A DNA stretch of 31,514 nt from Paraspadella gotoi. Taxonomy: Eukaryota > Animalia > Chaetognatha. The DNA is taken from NCBI GenBank assembly GCA_051294375.1, contig JBJCIZ010000793.1, positions 5,661-37,174 on the forward strand. Reading direction: 5' to 3'. The position numbers were made by a program, and so were the translations under genes. The notes beneath the pieces were generated by a model that did not search any database, had not been told where the DNA came from, and saw only the letters and a program-made list of their open reading frames with translations. Below, in pieces: positions 1-11,065 of the stretch; position 1 is the first letter of the stretch, and the number at the start of each line of letters is the position of its first letter.

Positions 1-449
1 AAAAAAGAGAGATATCTGATAGGAGAAGGTATTAATATTAAAATTTTTGTTTTATTAATGAATTAAAAACAACTAAAATTCAGCATAATGAAATGATGAC
101 TGACCTTTTTTAAGGTTTTTTTCTATTTGTAAACCAGAGTTTAATTGTCAAATTGAAAAAACTTATAGTACTAAACTTTCATTTAACTTTTTAAGCTTAC
201 TTTTAATATCTTTTTTATATATGTTTAAAAAAATATTTCGAGTGTCATAGTTAGGAACCTATATCCTTCAGTGGATTTCGGCCTTTATTAATCCCAATAA
301 TAATTATTATTATTATCATTATAGTTCTTATTTTTTATGGATGAAAAATATATATTATTAAAGTTTACATTAATATATTCTTTATTTTCTTTTGGAAAAA
401 ATATTCTTGAATAATAAGTTTGTAGAGTCATCACATGCACTGTTTAATT

Positions 450-586
450 AATGATTAAGAAAACGTCGAATTTGGGATCAAGTGCAGTATTTTTTTTTCT
501 TTTATTGAAAACCAATATTTTGATCTTATTTGACAGATCATCGTTCAGGGTAAGAGTGAAATGAGTAAAAGAAGAGAGCTAAGGAA

Positions 587-618
<32 letters not shown>

Positions 619-987
619 ACAGGTGAGAGTCAGACAATACAACAGGGATAGACGCCTCGATTGTGGCCCGGGCAGAGGCCTCAATGAAGATATGGGGTCT
701 TATATCAAAACTGATGCATGGAAACCGATCCTTAATTCCCTGAGAAGAACTGAGACTAGACATTGAAACGAGGAGGGGGTGGAGGGATTTATCCCTGTTG
801 TATTGTCTGACTCTCACCTGTTCTCTCTCTCTCTCTATCTCTCTCTCTCTCTTCCTTAGCTCTCTTCTTTTACTCATTTCACTCTTACCCTGAACGATGA
901 TCTGTCAAATAAGATCAAAATAATGGTTTTCAATAAAAGAAAAAAAATACTGCACTTGATCCCAAATTTGACGTTTTCTTAATCATT
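450..987. mobile_element. Foldback / MITE-like element: ~200-bp near-perfect inverted arms (450-650 and 790-987) containing a (GA)n tract, with a 139-bp spacer
   Basis: aatgattaagaaaacgtc...aacagggata (450-650) is the reverse complement of tatccctgtt...gacgttttcttaatcatt (790-987), with only a few differences. Confidence 0.85.
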
Positions 988-1217
988 CTTGAATAATATT
1001 TTTAATTTACTTTTTATTTCATTATGTGGGAGTGAGGGATATAAAGTAGAAAAGTCATAGCTTTCTAAAAAATCAGTTTTTAAATAATTAATTAATTTAA
1101 TTTGAATTAAAAATTCTAAAGAATTATCCAATAATTCTTCATTCCTGATTTTAAAGTAATTTTAAACTTTTTGAAAAATATTTTGAAATTGCTTTTATAG
1201 AACATACTTTAGAACCT

Positions 1218-1419
1218 GCGGACGGATGGACGGACGGACAGATGGATGGACGGACGGACAGACGGACGGACGGACATCATTTTTTTTGCATAATTAATCA
1301 CAATTCAATGTTCTGACATGATATAAGTGTGTGCCCGACAATATTGAGGGGGTGGACCGACGGACCGACAAAGTGAATTATAGAGTCGGGATCTGCTGAA
1401 AAGCAGATCCGACTAAAAA
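1218..1419 (-). mobile_element. DINE-1/HINE (Helentron-associated)-like non-autonomous element end: T-run, terminal hairpin and GTCC microsatellite
   Basis: The minus strand reads tttttAGTCGGATCTGCT-tttc-AGCAGATCCCGACT ctataa...gtcggtccgtc, then a (GTCC/GTCT/ATCC)n tract at 1218-1276. This layout is typical of DINE-1-like elements. Confidence 0.55.
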
Positions 1420-1458
1420 TGAATAATTTTTTTTTTGTAACGGAGGGAGAGAGAGAGC

Positions 1459-1657
1459 CTGAACTCGTTTTTAAACGATTCAGAAAGCATATATATTTTT
1501 TTTTAGAAAGAAAAAAATAATCAGAATTTTCAAAAAGACGAACGGACACGCAAGAGATCGTACATAGAGAGAGACAGGACGCACACAAGAAGAGCAGAGA
1601 CAGACAGAGACTGAGAGAACTGAGAGAGAACTGACCTCGTTTTAAACGATTCAGAAA
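1459..1657. repeat. Two direct copies of a ~25-bp palindrome, CTGA(a/c)CTCGTTT(T)TAAACGATTCAG
   Basis: Copies at 1459-1486 and 1631-1657, each preceded by gagagag. Confidence 0.75.
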
Positions 1658-1899
1658 AGGCAGCGCCTGAAAAAAATATAATATAATTAAAATATATATA
1701 TATATATATATATAGACCAAAACTGTTACATGATTTTTATAATTGGAAATTTTCCAAATTTTTACACAATCATACCGGTTGTTAACACGATTTTATTGTA
1801 TTGTATTAAAGTTCAATGGTAAATGTGACTCAATATTTTTTTATTTAAGACTCATTTCACTGAACGTTCTCCCGGAAACTTTGTATCATCTTCCGTCAC

Positions 1900-2097
1900 A
1901 CACTTTCCTACCACACACAAAATTTCATTCCAATCCAACCAGCAAATACTGAGTTATTAGAGCTTTTTGCTAAGAGGGACGGAAGGACGATTTGATTGAC
2001 TAATTAATTAATTATTGATTAATTATTTACTAATTGATTAATTAACTGATTAATTATTTGATTATTAATACATCCTGCATTACACTTTAATATAAGA
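1900..2097. mobile_element. Probable non-autonomous Helitron/HINE-type remnant
   Basis: aaatttcattccaatcc...gagttatt followed by gggacggaaggacg, a (TTAA/TTGA)n tract and actttaatataaga. Recognised from motif order only. Confidence 0.3.
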
Positions 2098-4428
2098 CAC
2101 ATGAAAAAATAACGTGGCGTCTTACTGTCTCGTGCCGACTTTCTGTCCTTCTACACATCCTGTTTCCTGAGCCACATTCAACCTTGATTATTACTTTTGC
2201 GTAATCATGTGATGATGACACTACCTGGACATCTACCTGTGCTCTCGACCATCCAACCCCTTGACCATTAACAAAAGCTAACTAGATCAAAAATCACGTA
2301 AAAAAGATGTAGCAATATAGCTCGAAGCGGCTACAAATTATTAGACCATTGCTTTTATAGAAACAAAAAAAATATTAATATTATTAAACAAAATTTAAAC
2401 GGACTAATTATAGTTAACCGAAACCAAGATGATATTTTTTACCATCATTTTCTTCAATTATATGAATCATATGTTTGTAGATCTAGTCCAATTAATCTTA
2501 ACTATGACAACGTTTAGCAATCTTTTTTATGATGGGAGTTTTCGTCTGCTTACTCACCTTGTGTTTAATTATCTACAAGTTTTGAGGTATTCAAATAACC
2601 TTATATAATTACTATTTTTTCTCTTTTCAATTCTTCACAATATAAAACAACATCATAAAGAACATTTTAAATTAAAAAAAAAATTGATTGAAATGATTTT
2701 GAAGAAAAAAATATTTTGAAACTTGAGAGATAACTGGAGTTTCGAGTTATGGAAAAAAATATTTGCAAATTCTACAAAAAAGAATCAGCTCTAAGCCTTT
2801 CGATTTTCTAGAGGCTGAATTTTTTTATTTTTTGCTGAAATATTTTATTTATCTATGCAAGAAATGCATTATTCTCAATGACAAGGTCGGAGAAAATTCT
2901 TTTCCAACAATTTTTGAAACAATTTTCAGCTTTTTTAATGAAGGCTTTTTTGTGGGAAATAATAATCAATTATTATACGATGGTATATTGAAAGTGATAT
3001 GTCCTAAATGAATAAAAAATTTTCTTCAAGTTTTATGTTTAAATTTAAGTATTGTATCAAATAGTGAAATAAGTGAGATACTCCCGCTTTGCCAAAATTT
3101 TTATTTAACAAAGATTTGTACTGCGTAGTTATGAAAAAGTTATGTTTATTATAAATAGACTTGAAAGAAAAGAGCTAAAAAGGTTGTATAATATAAAGCT
3201 TATTATGTGCATCCTTCTAATAAAGTTTTATTAAATAAATCATAACATCTTTACACACGCTTTTGTTTAGAATAGCAGTTTAAAAGTATAACACGTTTTT
3301 GTTAAAAATTTAATGAATGCATATGAATTTTTTTTTTTTTTTGTACTTTGAAAAAGGACGAAAGACTGAATTACATTTTGAATATATTATTAAATTTTTT
3401 TTTATTCCATAAAACTGCTTATATTTTTAAGTATAAATGTAAAAAAAAGCAAGATATTATATATTATAGCTTGATAAATGTCTTTTTAAATATCAAAAAT
3501 GATAAATACAAAAATGTTTTCAGCTTGATATAACAGTCTGGACATTTACCTTCTTGTCTGTGAAAAAAATCGGCATTTTTATTATCTTTTAACTGCAAAC
3601 TAAAAAGCTTGACACAGACTGCTTGTTTATCATAATAAAGTTTTAAAAAATTATTATAGCTGGCAATATATTTGACAAAGCAAGACCATCATTGTGTTAA
3701 ATTGTATTGTTTTATCACTATTTTCATAAACCTCTATCAATTTTTTTAAACATTTTGTTGGCTCATTTTAGTCTGTATAACAAGGAGGTTAATTTCTTAT
3801 AATAAATAAAAATAATCCTAAATTGTCTTGACGCTCGTGGCTGCGTGTGGGCATGGACATAGGGAGAAAAATGGCTCGACGTCAGAGGGCCGTGGATTCG
3901 ATATCGGCGTCTGACTTTGTCCCATTTCTCGAGAGAAAGAGCGCGACTATGACTACGCTTTTTAGGAAGCTTTATCTCTCTGATTCACTCAACTCACTCT
4001 CTCTCTCACTCTCAGTGTCTCTCTCTCTCTCTCTCTCTCTCTCTGAAGATAACTTCTGTTTCGACGCTTGCGGTCCGGGCGTTTGCAGAGTCGCTCGTCC
4101 AAAAAAATGGTTTGGACAAGTCTCGCTGACTTTATCTCCGCTGAGTGTAAAACAAGAATTTTCCAAAAGTCTAAATGTTTATTCTCGGTGACAGACGTAG
4201 CAAATACGGGACAATAACGTGACAAAATAAGTCGCGAAAACCCCTAAAAATAACGGTTTTTGGATGAGCAACGACTTTCCAAAGCGTGGTTCTAAAACGA
4301 CTGAAAAGCCGGTCATAAAAATTATAAAAGTAAACGTTCAAAAATGACCAACGTTATAAACGGGCCGAGAGAGAGAAAAATGACCCTAAAACTTGTCAAA
4401 TTTTTGTAATTCAAACTACAAATATACA

Positions 4429-4479
4429 CTGATGAAGAACGAAATGACGTTTGAAACATGTCTACAAATAATAAATAAA
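4429..4479 (+). ncRNA. Degenerate minimal type-I hammerhead ribozyme motif (Penelope-like pLTR style) followed by AATAAA
   Basis: CTGATGA-A, stem II GAACG/CGTTT, GAAA, palindromic ACATGT stem III, GTC triplet ending 4462, then aataaataaa. Stem I is not contiguous. Confidence 0.4.
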
Positions 4480-4629
4480 TTTATTGTGAAAATCCAAATT
4501 TTGTTTTATCTAAATCTTTTACCAACGAAATGAAAGAAAAAACAACAGATTATGAAGACAAAAAAGAAACGTGAACTCGGGAATATCCCGATTATTTTTT
4601 ATGTAAAGAATTGTTTAGTCAGTCAGGGG

Positions 4630-5315
4630 CAGTAGCCTTCAACGTCGAACGGTTTTAAGACCATTTGTTTATATTCTTTGAACGCTTTTAACTCGTCACA
4701 CGTTTTTATTATAATAAACAAGTTTTGAAACTTCGATCGTCGCCATTTTTAAAGTCAGTAAGAAAGTGGGGCAAATCAAACATTAATGTTATCTTTATTC
4801 TTCACATTCAATTGTGTCTTCGCATAAAACGTTGGAGACAAGACCCAGTTATTCCCCCGTTGTCAGGTCCAATGGCTACGGTTGTGTTAAATGGCATGAC
4901 TGGCAAAGTTGGCTTAAGTTTGATAATCGACCTTTACCGGCCACTTTCTTTCTGCGGTCTTGTCGCTTGTACGAGTTTTCTTTTCGCATTGGCAAAGAAA
5001 CTATTTTGTAAATCACATCGGCCGCCCGCAACTTTAGTTTTTATGAGTTTTTGTAATTTCACATTTTTAAACACATTATTCATGATTTGTCCTCACGAAA
5101 ATACAATAAATTCTATATTTATTCTGCATCTTCAAGATTTAGCAAGAACGCTTTCTCGGATTCTACAGTTAGCCCATGTTGAAAAAATTCTTTCGGACGG
5201 CCGTCGCCTGGAACGCTCAACCTAGCGGGCATAGAAAATCTTAAACAATTTTCTGCAACCACCAAAAACATTTGTGTAGCCCAACTTGCGTGCTTTTGAA
5301 CGGGTTTAGCCATCC
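4630..5315 (-). pseudogene. Possible highly decayed pogo/Tigger-like transposase N-terminus
   Basis: Scattered minus-strand fragments (GRPKEFFQHGLTVESEKAFL, GRPM*FTK, MPFN...LQRFMRRHN, IKTCDE) resemble CENP-B-type HTH motifs, with many stops and frameshifts. Confidence 0.25.
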
Positions 5316-6303
5316 CCGTAACAAGCGAGCGCTTAGGCCTTTCGCCCCCAAGAGGCTTGGCTATGGAAAATGGAGATTTGACTTAAAGGCAATAATAGTG
5401 TGAGGTAGCCACCGTGGGTGAAATGCCTGATGCCTTTTATATCATAAACAAAATCTTTTTAATAATTTATTTTTCTTTTTGTTTATATTATGAAAGTTTT
5501 AAACACCATTTGAATAAATACACAGATCCATAAATTTATTAATTTCTTAATCGCTTTAGTTTATTATTAAGCTTTATTTTTTGTGGTTCAAAAAAATGAA
5601 AAACTTTATATATTAATAGATAAAGTAACTTTTTACAAATGAAAACAGTTATATATCTCCTTATTTCATATATATTTGATTAAAACTATCTGATTAACCA
5701 TCTTTCCTATTATTTGAATTTTTTTGTACTTTTCCCCAAAAAATACATTTTTTTATTAATATTTAAACATTATTTAATACAAGTTTTTTATATTTATATA
5801 GTTGAAAGCAGTTTTAAATACTTGGATTTAGCTATATTTTATAAAAATTATTAATTCTAACCACTTTTATTTTATTTTTAAATTTGCTATTTTTTCCAAT
5901 TTTTTTGCATCTTATCGCATTATAAAATCGATAGAACGGGAAAATTGGCCAAGCGAATTTTTAATTTTTTGATCTTACAGAATAGTTTTACATGTGTTTC
6001 AAAAAATTAGGAGGGCACAAGATGTCCTTTATTATTTCTTGTATTTATACTCCGCGCTATTATACATATCAAACGAAAGCTAAGGTTGCGTATATTCTAA
6101 CAATACAATGATAAAAATTGTACACTAAATATTTTGTAAGTAAATGCAAGCAATGCAAAATCTTTGAGTCTGTGCTTTTTGTCCGCGCGTTATGATTTGT
6201 CCGTTTTCCTTGGCTCGGCCAATGAGCTCTGAGGTGGAATACTTTTCCCTTGTCGTGAATCCGATTGAAACAGCGTCTTCAAATGGACCAAATTTTTTTA
6301 AAA

Positions 6304-6555
6304 ATGGCTAGAAGCACTAGTAATTAATTTTTTGGGGTTACTTTTACTTTCACCGACCGGGGTTAGGGAGGGGTAAGGGTTAAGGGTGGTTTAGGGTTAG
6401 GGGTGGTTAGGGTTAAGAGGGTTTAGGATTAGGGTAATTAGGTAATATTTTGTTATTTTTTTTTTAAATAAGTATTTTTAAGTGGTTTTTAAACCTCGGT
6501 CGGCGAAAGTAAAATTTCACTGGCTGAACACTACTTTTTAGATGCTTCTAGTCAT
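6304..6555. repeat. Nested inverted repeats enclosing a degenerate (TTAGGG)n-like G-rich tract
   Basis: ttttactttcaccgaccggggtt (6342-6364) is inverted at aacctcggtcggcgaaagtaaaa (6492-6514). Outer pair atggctagaagca (6304-6316) / tgcttctagtcat (6543-6555). Core ggttagggag...gggttagggg...ggttagggtt at 6359-6442. Confidence 0.7.
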
Positions 6556-6738
6556 AACATATTAGTGCAGCCACTGACAGTCCTTAGGTGGTATTACTAA
6601 TCAGTAACCATGACCCGGGTTCTCCTTTGTTTCCAAAATATAATTTTCTGTATATGTTCTTTATATACTATGTATAAAAAATTGTACATTTTATACTATA
6701 TATTAATTAAGGGTACTCATAATTTTACTTCTTCACAG

Positions 6739-6865
6739 ACTTAAAGATAAAGAGAGTGAAAAACTTTTTATTTCATCGCCATCCTTTCTGACCATGAAAC
6801 CTTGCCTTTGGATGATTTCTTCCGAAAGTATTTTGGGAGGATGGACCAGCCATTTCTAACTTATG
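6739..6865 (+). CDS. Candidate internal host exon (127 nt), product unknown
   Basis: Polypyrimidine acceptor ttttacttcttcacag and donor gtaagt, locally higher GC, one open frame (LKDKESEKLFISSPSF...HFLTY). Confidence 0.35.
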
Positions 6866-6930
6866 TAAGTACTAAGTAGTACTAAGACTACTTGCGCATA
6901 TAATTCAATGACCTTTCTGTCCTATTCTCA

Positions 6931-7204
6931 TGCATAAAATGCACTAAAAAGCGAATCTTAAAAACGCCATATCAACTGTGAAAGTTGATAATTAAAAATC
7001 TACAATGAATCCACTAACTTACCAAACTATGGAAATCAGCAGTTATTGAGACAGGTATTTTGTCAGTTCAGCTCTGTCTCAACCGCTGATTTCCATTGTT
7101 TGGTAAGTTAGTGGGTTCATTGTAGATTCCTAATTAATAGTAATTATCAACTTTCACAGTTGATATTGCGTTTATAAGATTAGCTTTTTAGTGCTTTTTA
7201 TGCA
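6931..7204. mobile_element. Foldback/MITE-like long hairpin (~125-130-bp arms, ~19-nt loop)
   Basis: tgcataaaa...ttgagacag (6931-7054) pairs with ctgtctcaa...ttttatgca (7074-7204), with scattered mismatches and a short insertion in the right arm. Confidence 0.85.
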
Positions 7205-7288
7205 CTTTGTAGTTGGAAAATTTGATGAGAATTGGCGGTTTTTAGTTGAAAGTAATTTCTTTAGTCTTTTGACAAGTTTGAGGCAAGA

Positions 7289-8076
7289 TGTTACGAGGCT
7301 AGTATTCTCACCCCTGCTCCACAACTTAAGGATAGGAAGGAAGAGAGAGGTACCTGAGCTAATATTCTCACCCCTGCTCAGCAACCTAAAGGATAGGAAG
7401 GAAGAGAGAGGTACCGTGAGCTAGTCTTCTTGCCCGCCTGCTCACCTACCTGAGGTTAGGAAGGAAGCGAGTAGTTACCTGAGCAGTTTCTCGTCACTCC
7501 TCTGCTATGTCAGCTATCTCAGCATAGATCATCAAATGAGAAGTTGGCGGGAAAACAGAAGAACCAATGACAAAGCTTGCACACCTCAGCAAGAGAGAGA
7601 GGAGAAAATAGAGATCTCAGATACACACCACTCAGCCAATAGGAGAGAGAGGAGAGCTGAGGGTCCTCAAGGGGTATCAGGTTCCTTTAGCCTTGCACCA
7701 ATGAGATGCTCTATTTTATGTAGAATAAGGAGGAATGGTAGGCTAGGTTTTTCTATGAAAAGGAGTGTAACAAGGCTTCTGGGGGCAGTTCAGCGGCCTC
7801 CAAGAAGAAAAAAAACAACTGCGCCCCGAAAGACCAGCGGACCTAAGGACTCAGGATCATAGAGGACTATGCCAAATCTCCCTGGATAGGAGATCCTTGC
7901 CTGGCAACGGCCCTCACTGTTTTGAAATAAAGGATGCTAATAAACTACAAATAAAACTCTAATAAAACGTTTTTCCTGATAGGAAAAAATAGCTACTGGG
8001 TAGTTGTAGGATTGATCTTTTTTTGCGGCCCAAAATCCGCAAAACGAAACGTAATGTGCTGATCCCGGACTTTACA
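7289..8076 (+). mobile_element. Solo-LTR-like sequence of an unrelated LTR element (right end uncertain)
   Basis: Starts TGTTAC. Contains a ~62-bp tandem array, CCAAT boxes (7636, 7698), TATA-like tatgaaaagg (7754), Inr-like gcagtt (7785) and four AATAAA (7926-7966), and ends ...tttaca. No TSD found. Confidence 0.45.
7295..7500 (+). repeat. Tandem repeat, period ~61-63 bp, 3 copies plus a partial copy
   Basis: gagcta.tattctcacccctgctc...ggataggaaggaagagagaggtacc units start at 7295, 7356, 7418 and 7481. Confidence 0.85.
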
Positions 8077-8188
8077 ATGAAGATAAAGGCCGAGGGCTCC
8101 AAACGTCATCTGCTGGCGCGTCGTCATTGCAATCCGCGATTCCAAGTTAAATTTCCAAGTTAATTTTGTAATCAAATCAATGATAATT

Positions 8189-10878
8189 AGATCGCGTCAA
8201 TGTAAACCCGCGGGTCAACGCCTTCTTGTATGGCGAGCAGACTGAGGCACGTTGGACTGAGTTCATAACTTACTTGCGCAAAGAATAAGGAACCACTCCC
8301 GTCAAACAAGCCTCCTTAGTCCTTGACGGTTTCGGCCGAGACGGCCTCAAGCCGTCCCAGCATCTTGCTCGTCTTGAGGAGAAAATCAAGAGCATCTCCA
8401 TCGACGACATCAAGAAGGAGACCGTTGTTCGAGGCCTCCCACTCGAAGTGAGACGCGCCTTGGAAGACAAGATAGACGACTGGACGGCGACGCAGTTGGC
8501 CGACGCAGCCGACAAGTTCTTCGACGCCGACGGGCGTCCAATATTGGCGACGCCACCGTTGACGGTCAACGCCGCAACTCTGGAATCTCTCGCCGACACT
8601 CCGATGCCTCCAGCGACGAGGAAGCTCAAATCAACGCCGTTAACCCAGAGGCAGGACCGTAACCGCCCACCACGAGGAAATTGGAAGCCAGAGCGCCCCA
8701 AGCGCCCCGCCAAGTGGCGTACGCCACCGAATTCAAAATTAAAACAAATCTGCCGTTACCATTTGAAATTCGGCGACGCAGCTTTCAAATGTGAGCGGGG
8801 CTGCGCCCGTCAGTGCCGATTTCAAGGAAAAGAAGAATTCATCTTCGGGAAACGGACCGGCGGGGCAGCGCCGGTGAACGCCGTGCCCCGCTCAAATTTC
8901 GACTCACCCGACTCATATCTCTTGCATGTCGTCGACGCTAGCGATGGGCGTCACTGGCTGGTGATGGAGGAGCGCTTCTCTCCCTCATCCCACCCACGCC
9001 GAAGCAGAGAGAGGCGGGACCAACAGGCGCTCAACTTCAGGCAGCAAACGGCAGTCCAATTGCATGCTACGGGTTGCTCATAAGCGAATAACGCTCGGCC
9101 CACGGATTTTTCCATTCGACGTCCTTATAGCAGACGTGACTCAAAATATTCTCGGCGCCGTACTTTCTCGCAGAGTACTTCCTTGCCCCGAATCATCGCG
9201 ATGGCCTCCTCCTTGGATTTGAGGGATTACTCAACGATCCCTTGCGCGGTTTCCCGTGGCTCAACGCCCTCGCACGTAAATTTGTTGACCAGAAGCAAGA
9301 TGTTACTATCAGCTTCTCGACCAATTCCCAACGCTTTCTGACGCCAAGTTTCGAGCTCAAGGAGCCGAAACACGGTGTTCGACATCACATCCCAACCTTC
9401 GGCCGACCGTGCCAAGCACGAGCACGTCGACTACCTCCAGATAAACTGGCAGTTGCGAAAGCGGAGCTGGACAAGATGGTGGCGATGGGGATTGCAAAAA
9501 GAGCTAAAAGCTCTTGGTCTTCTCCATCCTCTGCTCCCCAAGTCTGATGGAGGATGGCGAGTGTGCGGCATTTTCGACGCCTCAATTCGATGACTATAGA
9601 TGACAAGTATCCGGTCAAGTTGCTGGCGGATTTTAACGCCGAACTTGCCGGAAAAAAGATCTTCTCCAAAATCGTATTTGCTAAAAGGCTATCATCAGAT
9701 ACCGGTCGCAGACGAGAGACGTTGCTAAAACAGCCGTCATCACGCCCTTTGGCCTGTTTTGTTCTTGAGGACGCCGTTCGGACTCAAGAACGCCGAGCCA
9801 AGACTTTCAGAGGATGATGGATGCCATCCTTGGAGACATCCCTATACCTAGTCTACCTCGACGATATCCTCGTCGCCAGCGAGAGTGAAGAGCAGCACGT
9901 CGAGGATCTTGAGAAGGTCTTCAAGGCTCTCGCGAAACGGCCTCGTAGTGAATCGCAAGAAGTGCGTCCTCGGCAAAAAATATTGGAATTTCTCGGCTTC
10001 TCGTCGACGAAACCGCGTCAAACCTCTCCCTTCCAAAGTGGAAGCGATTCGCCCACCAACCACCACTACGATCAAGAACTTCAGAGATTCCTCGGCATGG
10101 TTAACTATTACCGCCGTTTCCTGCCAAAGGCCGCTCACCACGCCGCGGCGCTTTATGACGCCCTCGCCGGAAAGCCAAAGAAGCTGGAGTGGACAAGCAA
10201 GTGCGCTGACTGCGTTTGACGCCGTCAAGTAGGCGTCAGCCAACGCGGCGCTGCTCCGTCATCCCCAGACCAACCGACGTTCGAACATTGCCGTTGGGGC
10301 AGTCTTGGAGCAGAGAAGCCGGACGGTTGGGAACACTCGCCTTTTTCTCAGCCAAGTAGGAAGAGGCGCAGCGGCGCTGGCCGCCTTTCGACCGCGAATT
10401 GTATGGAGCTTTCCGTGCAGTTCGCCATTTTCGACATTGGCTTGAAGGACGGTCGTTTACCCTTATACCGACCACCAATGCTCATCCACGCCCTCACAAG
10501 CGGCGAGAGCCACAACAACTCGGCACAATTTTCAATTGTCATAATTTCCGAGTTCACGACGGATATCCCCATGTGCGTGGAAAGGCAAACGTAGTGGCTG
10601 ACGCCCTCTCAAGACCAAACCCGCTCCAGCAATCGCAGCTATCGATCGACCAGTCCCGCTGACAAGGTCAACGACCTCGATGACACCATCAACGCGATCA
10701 ACTTCGAGGGCATCGATCTGGAAGAGATGGCGCGTCATCAGGCCTGGATCGAGACTTTCAACAGCTATCTCTCAAGACGCCCGCACAGGCCTCAGTTTCC
10801 GAAAAGTGAAGCTCGGAATCAAGATCTACTTGTCGAAGTCTCCAATGGCCCTGGTGCGACTTTTGTACTGGAAGTTGG
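8189..10878 (+). mobile_element. Ty3/Gypsy copy A: 5'-truncated, mid-gag through PR, RT and RNase H to the pre-integrase region, heavily frameshifted
   Basis: Near-identical to 13443-15720 and on to 19545-19840. Fragments CRYHLKFGDAAFKCERGC, YLDDILVAS, LQRFLGMVNYYRRF, GKANVVADALSR. Ends at an N gap. Confidence 0.95.
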
Positions 10879-10903
10879 NNNNNNNNNNNNNNNNNNNNNN
10901 NNN
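10879..10903. other. Assembly gap (25 N)
   Basis: N run. Confidence 1.
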
Positions 10904-11065
10904 GATAAAATTATTCAATCATTTTATAAATAAGCTTACTCCTTGTCCATTAATTTTGACAGGCATTGGTGAGTTAAGACTTCATATAAATAAGAAGGAC
11001 CCTACAGAATCAATCAAGATATCAGTCGACTTAATTCCCTCCCGTAGACTATTTGAAGTGGCATA

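Noticed and set aside
711-730. ctgatg...gaaac hammerhead-like words in the foldback spacer
   Set aside because: Lacks the CTGANGA core and stem II
545-4225. ORFs rich in ER/SL/YI repeats (545-877, 1298-1720, 3847-4191, 3972-4225)
   Set aside because: Translations of (GA)n, (CT)n and (TA)n microsatellites, with no protein-like features
6359-6442. True telomere or chromosome end
   Set aside because: Short, degenerate, internal and enclosed by inverted repeats
7295-7500. CRISPR-like appearance of the periodic repeats (also 29381-29658)
   Set aside because: Whole units are repeated with no unique spacers, there are no cas genes, and the context is eukaryotic
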